Origin: Eledone cirrhosa | Lineage: Eukaryota | Length of the DNA stretch: 50,915 bases | Assembly: GCA_964016885.1 (NCBI GenBank) | Contig: CAXHJY010000365.1 | Coordinates: forward strand, 1-50,915 | Reading direction: 5' to 3' | Shown here: one piece after another, positions 28,708 through 40,513 of the stretch | How the letters are laid out: the number at the start of each line of letters is the position of its first letter | How positions within the stretch are numbered: the stretch's first letter is position 1 | Notes under the pieces: model-generated | What the model was told of the DNA's origin: nothing | The model's database searches: none | What the model saw: only the letters and a program-made list of their open reading frames with translations | Position numbers and translations under genes: made by a program

Positions 28708-29412
28708 TATTAGTTTATTGAAAAAAACAAAGATTCAATACAATAGGTCTGTTTGGGAACAGGTTTTGAATTGACCAATAGAGAGATAGTGAGGGTCAAG
28801 ATAGTAATATAGTAGTAGAAGAACCTTAAATTATGGGTAGAGGAAGGTAGATTTCAGTTTTGGATGGAAAAGAATATTATGAATGAAGAATTATTTTAGG
28901 GGAGAAATAGGTCGTATGCTGACCTTGGAAATAATTTTATTTGTTCATTGAATAAAACCAACAAAGATCTAATATATTCTGTCTGTTTGGTAAGAAGTTT
29001 AGAATTAACCAATAGAAAGTTAATAATTGGCCAAATGGTAAAATAGTAGTAATTGAAGCTTATTTTAGGGGTGAAAATAGGTCAGGTGGTCAGTAAAAGG
29101 TATACAAGCAGTTGCTGTTATAAAATAGTAATGCCAATACAAATATCTAAGGTGACTAAAGTTTTACGATAAGAATGTTAGTGAAAAAAATACATCTATG
29201 AAAAGAATATAAATTAATTTAGTTGATGGGTATATTTATATTGATAAAATTATACTAATACATATAGATATGATAAATAAGAGTTAGATGCAGTTGAAAA
29301 GTGCTGTTAAAGATGAGGGGAAATTAAAAGAATATAAAAATAATATATATATATATACCTATATATATATATATATATATATACATATATATACACATAC
29401 ATACACACATAT

Positions 29413-29516
<104 letters not shown>

Positions 29517-29831
29517 GCATGCATATATATATACATACATATATATATATACACACACATACACACTTACATATACATATAATTATTGGGGGGGTGGTAT
29601 TACATTTATTAGTGAGAAATAATAAATATATATAGTTTTCAAGGAACATAGAGTCATAACCTGAAGTTAAAGCATTATATATGTTTACTTAATAGTATCA
29701 GTTTTAGGAAATGATAGTTGTAAGAAGGAAAGCAAAATTATAAGAAGGAAAGCAAAATCATCAGTAGTAGAATATTAATTATAGGTTAACTAAATTAAAA
29801 ATAGTTTATATATTAATTTCTAAAGTGTATA

Positions 29832-30370
29832 TTAATTAGGTTTATAATATTTAAAGGTTTTTCTCAGTTTATGATTACACGATATTATTAATTCCTGTCG
29901 CCTATTTAATAGGATATCCTTAGATTTCATTATTTCAAAAAGTTTTTGGGAACATAATCTACATTCATATCTACTATTTTGATAAGGGGTGGCCCTTTTG
30001 AGCACACTCCAGGTCAGGTCATAATCTATATTCCTCTTTCTATAACTATTAATTATTTCTGCTAGAGATGTTGTATTAGCTAGTGCGGCATTTTTAAAAC
30101 TATGTTTGTGGGTATTAAATCTTACCTTAATTTTGTTAGAGGTAGCTCCTATATATGAATAAATTGAGTCCTTAGTGTTAACTTTACATTTATATACTAT
30201 GTTATTAACAAGGCAATTTCATTTTAATGGACAGTTAGCCTTGTTTCTACAGTTACAACTTTTCGTGAATGCTGTATCTGAGGAGATATTATGGTTAGTT
30301 TGATGTACCGGTGGTATACTCATGTTTTTTTTACATTTATATGCATTATAGGCACTTATATTTTGTTTTA
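29832..30370 (-). pseudogene. GIY-YIG endonuclease domain (left arm)
   Basis: Mirror copy reading IKQNISAYN...SCNCRNKANCPLK*NCL..., with a GGA>TGA stop at 30219-30221. Confidence 0.85.
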
Positions 30371-30470
30371 TGTAAGTGCCTATAATGCATATAAATGTAA
30401 AAAAAACATGAGTATACCACCAGTACATCAAACTAACCATAAAATCTCCTCAGATACAGGATTCACGTAA

Positions 30471-30899
30471 AGTTGTAACTGTAGAAACAAGTCAAACTGT
30501 CCATTAAAAGGAAATTGCCTTGTTAATAACATAGTATATAAATGTAAAGTTAACACTAAGGACTCAATTTATTCATATATAGGAGCTACCTCTAACAAAT
30601 TTAAGGTAAGATTTAATACCCACAAACATAGTTTTAAAAATGCCGCACTAGCTAATACAACATCTCTAGCAGAAATAATTAATAGTTATAGAAAGAGGAA
30701 TATAGATTATGACCTGACCTGGAGTGTGCTCAAAAGGCCCACCCCTTATCAAAATAGTAGATATGAATGTAGATTATGTTCCCAAGAACTTTTTGAAATA
30801 ATGAAATCTAAGGATATCCTATTAAATAAGCGACAGGAATTAATAATATCGTGTAATCATAAACTGAGAAAAGCCTTTAAATATTATAAACCTAATTAA
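30471..30899 (+). pseudogene. GIY-YIG endonuclease domain of the Penelope-like element (right arm)
   Basis: Hand translation: SCNCRNKSNCPLKGNCLVNNIVYKCKV..YIGATSNKFKVRFNTHKHSF..W..CRLCSQE..LLNKRQELIISCNH..KPN*. Preceded by an in-frame TAA at 30468-30470. Confidence 0.88.
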
Positions 30900-31204
30900 T
30901 ATACACTTTAGAAATTAATATATAAACTATTTTTAATTTAGTTAACCTATAATTAATATTCTACTACTGATGAACTACATAATTTTGCTTTCCTTCTTAC
31001 AAGTATCATTTCCTAAAACTGATACTATTAAGTAAACATATATAATGCTTTAACTTCAGGTTATGACTCTATGTTCCTTGAAAACTATATATATTTATTA
31101 TTTCTCACTAATAAATTTAATTCCCCTCCCCCCCCAATAATTATATGTATATGTAAGTGTGTATGTGTGTGTATATATATATGTATGTATGTATATATGC
31201 ATGC

Positions 31205-31264
<60 letters not shown>

Positions 31265-31990
31265 ATATATATATATATATATGTGTGTATATGTGTGTAT
31301 GTATGTGTATATATATGTATATATATATATATATATAGGTATATATATATATATTATTTTTATATTCTTTTAATTTCCCCTCATCTTTAACAGCACTTTT
31401 CAACTGCATCTAACTCTTATTTATCATATCTATATGTATTAGTATAATTTTATCAATATAAATATACCCATCAATTAAATTAATTTATATTCTTTTCATA
31501 GATGTATTTTTTTCACTAACATTCTTATCGTAATACTTTAGTCACCTTAGATATTTGTATTGACATTACTATTTTATAACAGCAACTGCTTGTATACCTT
31601 TTACTGACCACCTGACCTATTTTCACCCCTAAAATAAGCTTCAATTACTACTATTTTACCATTTGGCCAATTATTAACTTTCTATTGGTTAATTCTAAAC
31701 TTCTTACCAAACAGACAGAATATATTAGATCTTTGTTGGTTTTATTCAATGAACAAATAACATTATTTCTAAGGTCAGCATACGACCTATTTCTCCCCTA
31801 AAATAATCCTTCATTCATAATATTCTTTTCCATCCAAAACTGAAATCTACCTTCCTCTACCCATAATTTAAGGTTCTTCTACTACTATATTACTATCTTG
31901 ACCCTCACTATCTCTCTATTGGTCAATTCAAAACCTGTTCCCAAACAGACCTATTGTATTGAATCTTTGTTTTTTTCAATAAACAAATAT

Positions 31991-32126
31991 CATTATTTCT
32001 GAAGACAGCATATATATGTGTAGGTATGTATATTCCCTCTAATAGTTTGTATAAATACTGTACATAGATCTATAGAATATGCATACCAACTCTATCACAT
32101 ATATATCCTAGAAACGATCGTAAAAT
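31991..32126 (+). ncRNA. Hammerhead, right-arm copy (stem I shortened)
   Basis: CAUUAUUU-CUGAAGA...GAAACGAUCGU-A-AAAU. A 3-nt loss leaves a GUA triplet and ~4 bp of stem I. Confidence 0.6.
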
Positions 32127-33029
32127 GAATTTTTTTTAATATAAGGAACTGTTTCTTTGTTTATTCATTATTTTATTAATTTATCTTGACTCTGTTTTCC
32201 GTTTATTTTTCACCGAAAGTAGTTTTTGAATACATCTTCTCTTTTCATGATATCCGGATTACATTGAGTTCTTCATACGGATTGGACACAACCGTAAACT
32301 TTTGGTAGATTTATCTACATATATATATATATATGGTTAGTAAACCAAAGCAATAATTGATCAACTATCGATGTTGGTAATAGCTATGGAAAACGCGAAA
32401 CTACTCATCAGAAGAATTGTCTTTGCTTAATCACTGACTAGTAATTTGTACCTTTTTCTAGCGGATACAACATCCGGGCCTGTTTGTATTTGTCAGAACA
32501 GTTAAAGCGTTATCTCGCACCATGCAATCTATAGTTATAACTAGCTCTGACGACAGATATACATATGTTTTATACTTATTCGTTCTATATATATATATAT
32601 GTACATATATATTTTAATTTGGGTTATATTACAATTAAAAAGAATTAATAAGAATTAAAAACTAAAAATTAAAGATTTAAAATTAAGTCCTCAACAAGTA
32701 AGTTAATAGAATTACCTCAAACACTTAATATTAAATCTTTAATTTATGTTTTTAATTATTATTAATTATTTTTAATTGTAATACTCAACACTTGATGAGA
32801 TGAATTTTACATCGAAACCCGTAATACTTTATATACTTTATATGTATTATAAAATTCTTTTTTAAAAGAATTGCGTTCTAATTTTTTCAATAACGTCACT
32901 TTGATGAAACGAAGAAAGGAAAAAAAAAAAAAAATAGACCCTTAAATATATGTTCCGTGCTATTTCCTATTTCCAATTTCACCTTTTCTCTATAACTACT
33001 GTTTTGTATAGAACATTACTTCCCTTTTC

Positions 33030-33070
<41 letters not shown>

Positions 33071-33199
33071 AAGGAGCTTCTTTTATAGAAGAAGCCCCTT
33101 CTAAAAAAATTTTGCTCTGCCATGTATTGAGTACCTTACTTACTGTGGTTATCCCCGACTCAACCCGGGACCTACGTATATATATATATATATATATAT

Positions 33200-33407
33200 A
33201 ACGAAGGAAATGTGGTAAGGAACCAGGTGGACCATAACGCACCAAAGTACTCAATACTTGAGGTAGTAGAGTGGGTAATAGGAACCAGTAAGAACCCGAC
33301 AGCTGAGCTCAAGCCGTTTCGACGGCTAATTCTGGACTCGAATTAGCCGTCCAGAATTAGCCGTCGAAACGGCTTGAGCTCAGCTGTCGGGGTCTTACTG
33401 GTTCCTA
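33200..33407 (-). mobile_element. Same family, opposite orientation
   Basis: Tail 33200-33278 is the reverse complement of 1496-1575. Inverted repeat 33279-33407 contains GAAACGGCTTGAGCTCAGCTGTC. Confidence 0.7.
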
Positions 33408-33774
33408 TATATATATATATATATATATAGTATATATTTATATATATATATATATATTAATCAATTCAGTCACCTCATGCATGCAATGAGTTATGTATAT
33501 ACCATTCTTGCATTCACTCATTTATTTTAAAGGAATTAATGTTGGAAATGCAATCCTAAAGAAATATTGTTAAATATTGACAACAATATAAGAAGTGGTA
33601 TTTATTGGTGCCAGGAATTTACAAATATTTTAAAAATCTGATATGTCACTTTAAAGAATAATAGTATTTCGTGTAGGAATTATTACTTAGACAAAGAGCA
33701 ACGTTAAAAAACTTACGGACACAGGGAAAGAAGTACAATATATATATAGAGAGAGAAACAGACATCCAGACATT

Positions 33775-33892
<118 letters not shown>

Positions 33893-34211
33893 TGTTTCTT
33901 TTATTTGCCACAAGGGCATCAAAAGTGGGACAAGTACAATGGGGGGAGTTTACAAAACAAGGCGTCCTCAATAGGGAGGAGGCAATAACAATATATAAAA
34001 ATAAAATAAAATATAACAAAAAATAGAATTATAACAAAATCCTCAATAGAGGATTTTGTTATAAAATATAACAAAAAATAAAATTTATAACAAAATCCTC
34101 AATAGAGAGGAGGCGCCTTGGGGGGTCGCACACACGCCCGAAAAAAGTGTGCAACCCTTTTCCTCAGGAGCACAGAGAGGGGGTGCTCCCTCGTTCCTTC
34201 CTCTTTTCCAC

Positions 34212-37200
34212 CTACAGGCTTATGTAAAGAAAAGGCCCATTCACACGGGCCATTCTCGCCCCTTTCACCCACCTTTCATAAAAACGACTGGGGTGCAGCA
34301 CCTCTCTCTCCATCCTGATCCTTCTTCCGAAATGATATCGGAAGAAACGGACCAGTTGTTGGCCAGAGAGAAAGGTGCCTGACCTCAGTCCTTTCAGACG
34401 CGTCCACCATACAACCTCTTTCGCCATGGCTATTACGCACAGAAACACCGCCTCTTCTTCATCTTTGAAGGGGGAGGCGGCTTGATCATTACAATAGACT
34501 CGGTGGTCAACCGGATCGGTCCCACCCTTGACAGCAGTTGTTCGACATAGCCCCACAGATCGGTTACGCCCGAGCAGTGTACCAATGCGTGTGCAACGGT
34601 TTCCTCGTCGAACGCGCATCTGGGACAGATCTTTTTGGCGGGGTCCCTACCCGGGCGCCCGTGTCTGTAGAGCATTTCTCGAACGGGTAAAGCTCCTCGG
34701 TAGCACTGCCAGGCCAGGGACTTCTGGAAGTTGTCCATAGGTCCCGGGCTGAATGTCCTACCGAACAGGCTGGCCAGTTCGTCCTCATCCATGTCTAGGG
34801 CTTCTCCGAGGGCGTCGTCCCTCTATAGAATGTTGCGGTGGAGTCTCCACTGATAACCGGATCCGCCTGCCAGAGGGCGGTCGCGCCTGGGCACACTCAG
34901 TGTGCCAGGCGCCCAGTTTTCTCGGTCTTTGCTTGACCCAGGATTGCAGCTCGGTGAGTGAGACGAGTCTGGGAAAGGTTCGTCTCACAAACGAGGCCCA
35001 CACCGGTTGTCCGGTGAGGAATACGTAGAGGTGCCGTAGCCTTAATGCTTGTTTACGCATCATTAGCCACGGCATCCCCAGCCCTCCTTTCGAAGGGTGT
35101 TGACAGCAGATGGATCTCCTCACCATAGGAGCCCGCCTCTTCCAAAGGAATTGGAAGAGCGCGCGCTCCATCTTCGACGGGTTTCCCTTGGGCAGGGCAC
35201 TACGGTCAGGCGGTAGTAGATGACGGACGCTATGTAGGTGTTCGCCACATCCGCCCGACCTTTCAGGGATAGTTTGCAACTGGCCCACTTCTGGGTCTGT
35301 GCAAACACCCTGTTCGTAACCTCCGCCCAGTTTTTCTCCACCTGGAGGTCCGGTCCGATCCAGACCCCGAGCAACTTCACAGGGCCCTCCGTCCAGCGTC
35401 CGACGACGCCATCGGAGGGCATCCGTCTGCCCCTCCACGTGCCGAGTTGCAAACCGATCGACTTGTCCCGGTTCAGCTTAGCCCCTGTGAACTTTTCGTA
35501 CTCCTCCAGTAAGGTGGCGACCGCCTCGATTTCGGAGGCCGTCGACACCATTACTGTCACGTCATCGGCGTAGGCCGACACCGCTTTCCGCAATCCCGGT
35601 TCCAAAGGGATGCCCTGCAACAACTCCAACTTCCGCAGTAGTGGCTCGAGAGTCAACACATACAGAAGGGAGGAGAGAGGGCACCCTTGTCGGATGGACC
35701 GCGCGATTTTGAACGGCTCCGAGAGGTAGCCGTTCACCTTGACCCTAGAGCAGATGCGTCTGCTGTGCATAGCAGTGATCCAGCCCCTGAAAACGGGTCC
35801 GAAGCCTGCCGCCGCTAGCACCGCATCCAGGTAACCATGGTCGACCCTATCGAACGCCTTAGATTGATCCAAGTTGATCAGAGCCCCACCAAAGCCGGGT
35901 TCGTTCCCAACCCTCTCTATGATGTATTGCATGAGGTGGAGGTTGTCATGGATGGACCTGGACGGGATAGCGCATGTCTGCGCATCTCCCACCAGGTTGG
36001 CCACGACTAGCGCCAACCTCTTTGCTAGCACCTTGGCCAAAATCTGTAACTCTGTATTTAGCAGAGTTATGGGCCTGAAGTTACTTATTTCGTCCCCCTT
36101 GTTCTCGTCCTTCCTCACTAGCGTGACTACGCCCTTGGTCACGGTACAGGGAATTCTCCCGTTCTGTTGCCAGTTGCAGTAGACCGCCTCGAGGAGATCG
36201 GGGAACAAGTCCGGCATAGCTAGATATAATTCGTAAGGAAGACCATCGAGACCCGGGGATTTGCGTTTGCCGCATTGGCTCAGCACGTCCTCTATCTCAG
36301 CGACCGAAATCGGCTCCTCGCAGGACTTCGCCTCCCTGTCCGAGAGGCGCGGCAGGCCGTCGAGGTATGGACCGAAGTCCACGTTCCCAACCGGCTCCTC
36401 GCCCCTCCCGAACAGTCGGGCAAAGTGCCTTTGAAAGGCCTCACATATCTGCTTAGGCTCAAGAATCGCCCGTCCATCCAGGTCTCGCAAAGACCGGATG
36501 GTGGATTTAGTTCCACTGTTGGCCTCTGTCACGCGGGCCCAGCTAACAGCTTTGGTCCCCTCGTTCCCTAGAGCACGTATTTTACTTCGGACAACGCAGC
36601 CTTCGTGCTTCGCGTCGAAAAACTGGCTCAAAGCCGTTCTCGACGCTAGCACTCTGGCCACGTCGCCGCTTCTAATTGCCTCTTCTACTCTATCTATTAG
36701 CTCCCTTTCCTTCCTATTCCTATCCGCAGCTAGAACCTTACTAAATTCTATCGAGACTACTCTAATCTCTCTCTTTAGAGATACCCACCACCTGCTGTTG
36801 ACGATCGCTCCAGTCAACCGTTCCTTAACTAACGTACTAATCCGATTCCTGTAGGCTCTACTTGCCGGCAAGGACAAGTTGAGCTTCCAGTAACCGGGGT
36901 CCTGTCTATGAGTTCTGTCAAGGTTGACCATGCAGGTCACTAATTTGTGGTCTGAATAGCCAACCATGCGCATTTTTGGACAACTTAAAAAGTCCTTATC
37001 CTTAATTCTAACTAAGAACCTATCTAGGTACGACCTAGATGATCCGCTACGATTGGCCCAAGTCCAGGTTGGCGCAGTCGGAAAATCTAGTCGATATCTA
37101 TCGGCCAGGTCAAATCGACCGATTAACCCTTTGAGGCTATTACACCCCTCTCTATCGGGGCAGGCCCCTACGTAGTCCCAGCGTGCATCTAGGATACCAT

Positions 37201-37627
37201 TCCAGTCCCCCACTAATAGCAAGGATCGGGACGTCCCTATAAAAGTCTCCAGACGATGGAAGAAGTCCGGCCGCATTGACCCGAAAGGGCCGTAGGCGGC
37301 TACCAACCTAAACGCTCCGCCTTTACCACTGCCAAGGTCCAGAACCACTAGTCGACCCTCCGGGTCCAAATGTACCATCTGTGTTGCGAGACCCAGATGT
37401 TTTTGCAGCAGAACGACAACTCCACCCCCACCTCCGGGCTGACAGAGAGATGCGTGCATCTCAAAGTCATCAAAGGTGGGGGCCAGCTGTCGCACGTTGC
37501 TGATCCGGGCCTCGCAAATAACCATCACATCTATATGTTGTGACCTGAGGTCATTTAGAAGCATTGCTTGCTTCCAAGTTGAGCCCAGGCCACGCGCATT
37601 TAAACAGCCTACTCTTAGCATAGCCAT
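34212..37627 (-). pseudogene. ORF2 (APE-RT-zinc finger) of copy C
   Basis: 843-aa open stretch: APE motifs GCLNARG, GDWN, SYLDRFL, YSDH; RT motifs KSPGLDG, FRPITLLN, DQSKAFDRVDH, RQGCPLS, YADD. C-terminal CPRC..HALVHC is broken by frameshifts/deletions near 35180, 34880, 34820 and 34470. Confidence 0.93.
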
Positions 37628-37651
37628 GTTGGTGGTGAAGAGAAAAGGCAC

Positions 37652-39097
37652 TTACCTCTCTGCGTCCCGGGTATCGGGCTGCACAATTTCCATTAGGGTG
37701 GAGGATGGGTTGTTGGGTGGGGTGGTGGTTTGTGGAAGTGTGGGGGCATCAGTGTGTTGTGTGGTTGGGGAGCTTGGAGTTGTGTGGGTGTTTGGGGAGG
37801 GGGTGGGATAGTTTTTTAGGAGGACGCGGTTAATGGGCCCGACGCAGGGGGGACACACGTCCTCTTTAAAATTGTTTTTTAAAGTTTTATAGGTGTCCTG
37901 TGGGGCCTTAATCATTTTGAGGTGGGGGAAATCCCCTGCCTGGGTGAAGTTAGGCCCTTGTGTTTTTATTAGATTGTTGTTGTACACAATGTTTAACAGT
38001 TTTTTGTTTCTTGTATTTATGTATGTGTATGCATGTTTTTGTTTTTGTGTGGTGTTTTTTGTTTGCTGTTGTTGTGAGCTCTTTTGTGTTGGTGTCAGTG
38101 TTATGTTTTGGGGAGGGTTTTTTTTCATTTGTGTGTCTGAGGTGTGTTTTCTTTTTTTTCTTTTGATTGTGTGAAAGTGCTCCTCCTCGTCTGACGACGA
38201 ACTAGGGTCATCTTCCGCGTTGGAGGGGAGGGGTATATTTTCGGGTTGTGTTTGCGGTACGGGTGTTTTGGAAATTGTTTTTGTTTTTTGAGTGGAGGGG
38301 ATGGGTTGGACATTGTTTTGTTTTGGTTTGAGCTGTGGTGGTTGTTTTTGTAGTGGTAGTTGTGGTGATTGTGTTGGTTGTGCAGTTGTTGGTGGTATAG
38401 GCAGGATTGGGGTTTTCTTACTAAGTTGGGGACAGACAGCCCTCAGGTGACCTCTGGTTCCGCAGAGGTAACACGAGGGCCGTCTACCCTCAATGGTAAT
38501 GTTGATGACGGTTAGATCATCCAGTATGACGCGTTCAGGGATCTGGGCGATCCTTTCGGGCCTCATTTGAACTATAAGTTCGAGGCTCGTTCCACTGAAC
38601 GCGTCACCCGATGCCTTTCCCATGGACACCAGCATGTCATCCTCCAGGTCCAGAAAACCTGTCAAAACCCACCATATGTCCATAATCGGCAGGATGGTGT
38701 GGATTTTTATTTTTTGTGTTCTTCTACCCATGTACGTAGGGTAGAAGGTGTATGCGGTGGATGTGATTGGTTTGATGGACAGTTTCACTGCTGTGTCCCT
38801 GTCCTTCATGAGAATGGATAGACTCCCGTAGAGTCTATCCTTCTGAATGAAGGTGATGTCCTTCATGACGTCTTTTAAAACCAGCTCTATCTCGCTCTGT
38901 GATGGTTGAGCTGGTTTTTTACTTTTGTTCGAGATTGTCCTAAACATGACAGTGTTTAGGAGTCTCTGGCTTTTTAGTTCCGGGGGGGGGGGAATGGATT
39001 GTGAATGAACCATTTTCTCCGTACACTATATATTTTTTCGCATCCGCCAGTAGCTCCTTCGCTTTTGTTATATCTACTGGCAGATAGTCGAGGGTTT
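37652..39097 (-). pseudogene. ORF1 of copy C (N-terminally truncated)
   Basis: 453-aa ORF 37652..39013 with CYLCGTRGHLRAVC knuckle and P/Q/T-rich C-terminus. The track's start is an artefact of a G-run frameshift near 38985. Confidence 0.85.

Positions 39098-39099
<2 letters not shown>

Positions 39100-39187
<88 letters not shown>
39100..39187 (+). repeat. (GATA)n, ~22 units, between copies C and B
   Basis: Direct reading. Confidence 0.97.
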
Positions 39188-39188
<1 letters not shown>

Positions 39189-40175
39189 GTTTCTTTTATT
39201 TGCCACTAGGGCATCAAAAGTGGGACAAGTACAAAGGGGGGAGTTTACACAAAAAGGCGTCCTCAATAAGGAGGAGGCAATAACAAAATATAAAAATAAA
39301 ATAAGATATAACAAAAAATAAAATTTTTAACAAAATCCTCAATAGAGAGGAGGCGCCTTGGGGGGTCGCACACACCCCCGAAAAAAGTGTGCAACCCTTT
39401 TCCTCAGGAGCACAGAGAGGGGGTGCTCCCTCGTTCCTTCCTCTTTTCCACCTACAGGCTTATGTAAAGAGAAGGCCCATTCATACGGGCCATTCTCGCC
39501 ACTTTCACCCACCTTTCATAAAAACGACTGGGGTGCAGCACCTCTCTCTCCATCCTGATCCTTCTTCCGAAATGATATCGGAAGAAACGGACCAGTTGTT
39601 GGCCAGAGAGAAAGGTGCCTGACCTCAGTCCTTTCAGACGCGTCCACCATACAACCTCTTTCGCCATGGCTATTACGCACAGAAACACCGCCTCTGCTTC
39701 ATCTTTGAAGGGGGGAGGCGGCTTGATCATTACAATAGACTCGGTGGTCAACCGGATCGGTCCCACCCTTGACAGCAGTTGTTCGACATAGCCCCACAGA
39801 TCGGCTACGCCCGAGCAGTGTACCAATGCGTGTGCAACGGTTTCCTCGTCGCACACGCATCTGGGACAGATCTTTTTGGCGGGGTCCCTACCCGGGCGCC
39901 CGTGTCTGTAGAGCCTTTCTCGAACGGGTAAAGCCCCTCGGTAGCACTGCCAGGCCAGGGACTTCTGGAAGTTGTCCATAGGTCCCGGGCTGAATGTCCT
40001 ACCGAACAGGCTGGCCAGTTCGTCCTCCTCCATGTCTAGGGCTTCTCCGAGGGCGTCGTCGCACCTGCTGCGTACCAGCCCTCTATAGAATGTTGCGGTG
40101 GAGTCTCCACTGATAACCGGATCCGCCTGCCAGAGGGCGGTGAGCGCCTGGGCACACTCAGTGTGCCAGGCGCCC

Positions 40176-40176
<1 letters not shown>
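39189..40176 (-). mobile_element. Tx1/L1-clade copy B, heavily 5'-truncated (~1 kb)
   Basis: Only the ORF2 C-terminus (LGAWHTECAQ...GPSLYISL*, stop at 39452) and the 3'UTR remain. The 5' junction abuts (GATA)n directly at 40177. Confidence 0.92.
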
Positions 40177-40235
<59 letters not shown>

Positions 40236-40248
40236 GGATAAATAGATA
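40177..40248 (+). repeat. (GATA)n, ~18 units, between copies B and A
   Basis: Direct reading. Confidence 0.97.
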
Positions 40249-40513
40249 TGTTTCTTTTATTTGCCACCAGGGCATCAAAAGTGGGACAAGTACAATGGGG
40301 GGAGTTTACAAAACAAGGCGTCCTCAATAAGGAGGAGGCAATAAGAATATATAAAAATAAAATAAAATATAACAAAAAATAAAATTTATAACAAAGTCCT
40401 CAATAGAGAGGAGGCGCCTTGGGGGGTCGCACACACCCCCGAAAAAAAGTGTGCAACCCTTCCCCTCAGGAGCACAGAGAAGGGGTGCTCCCTTGGTCTT
40501 TCATCTTCCTCAC

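Larger units (their letters stand above)
33894..39097 (-). mobile_element. Tx1/L1-clade copy C, 5'-truncated within ORF1 (~5.2 kb)
   Basis: Sequence is collinear with copy A from ~45367 downward. Flanked by (GATA)n at 39100-39187 and 33777-33892. Confidence 0.93.

Noticed and set aside
30219-30221. In-frame TGA in a Naiad-like ORF as possible selenocysteine
   Set aside because: It aligns with GGA (Gly) in the other arm rather than a Cys position, so it is most simply a nonsense mutation.
39452-40375. 307-aa ORF spanning the (GATA)n tract
   Set aside because: A chance fusion of copy A's 3'UTR, the microsatellite (YLSI repeats) and copy B's ORF2 tail.
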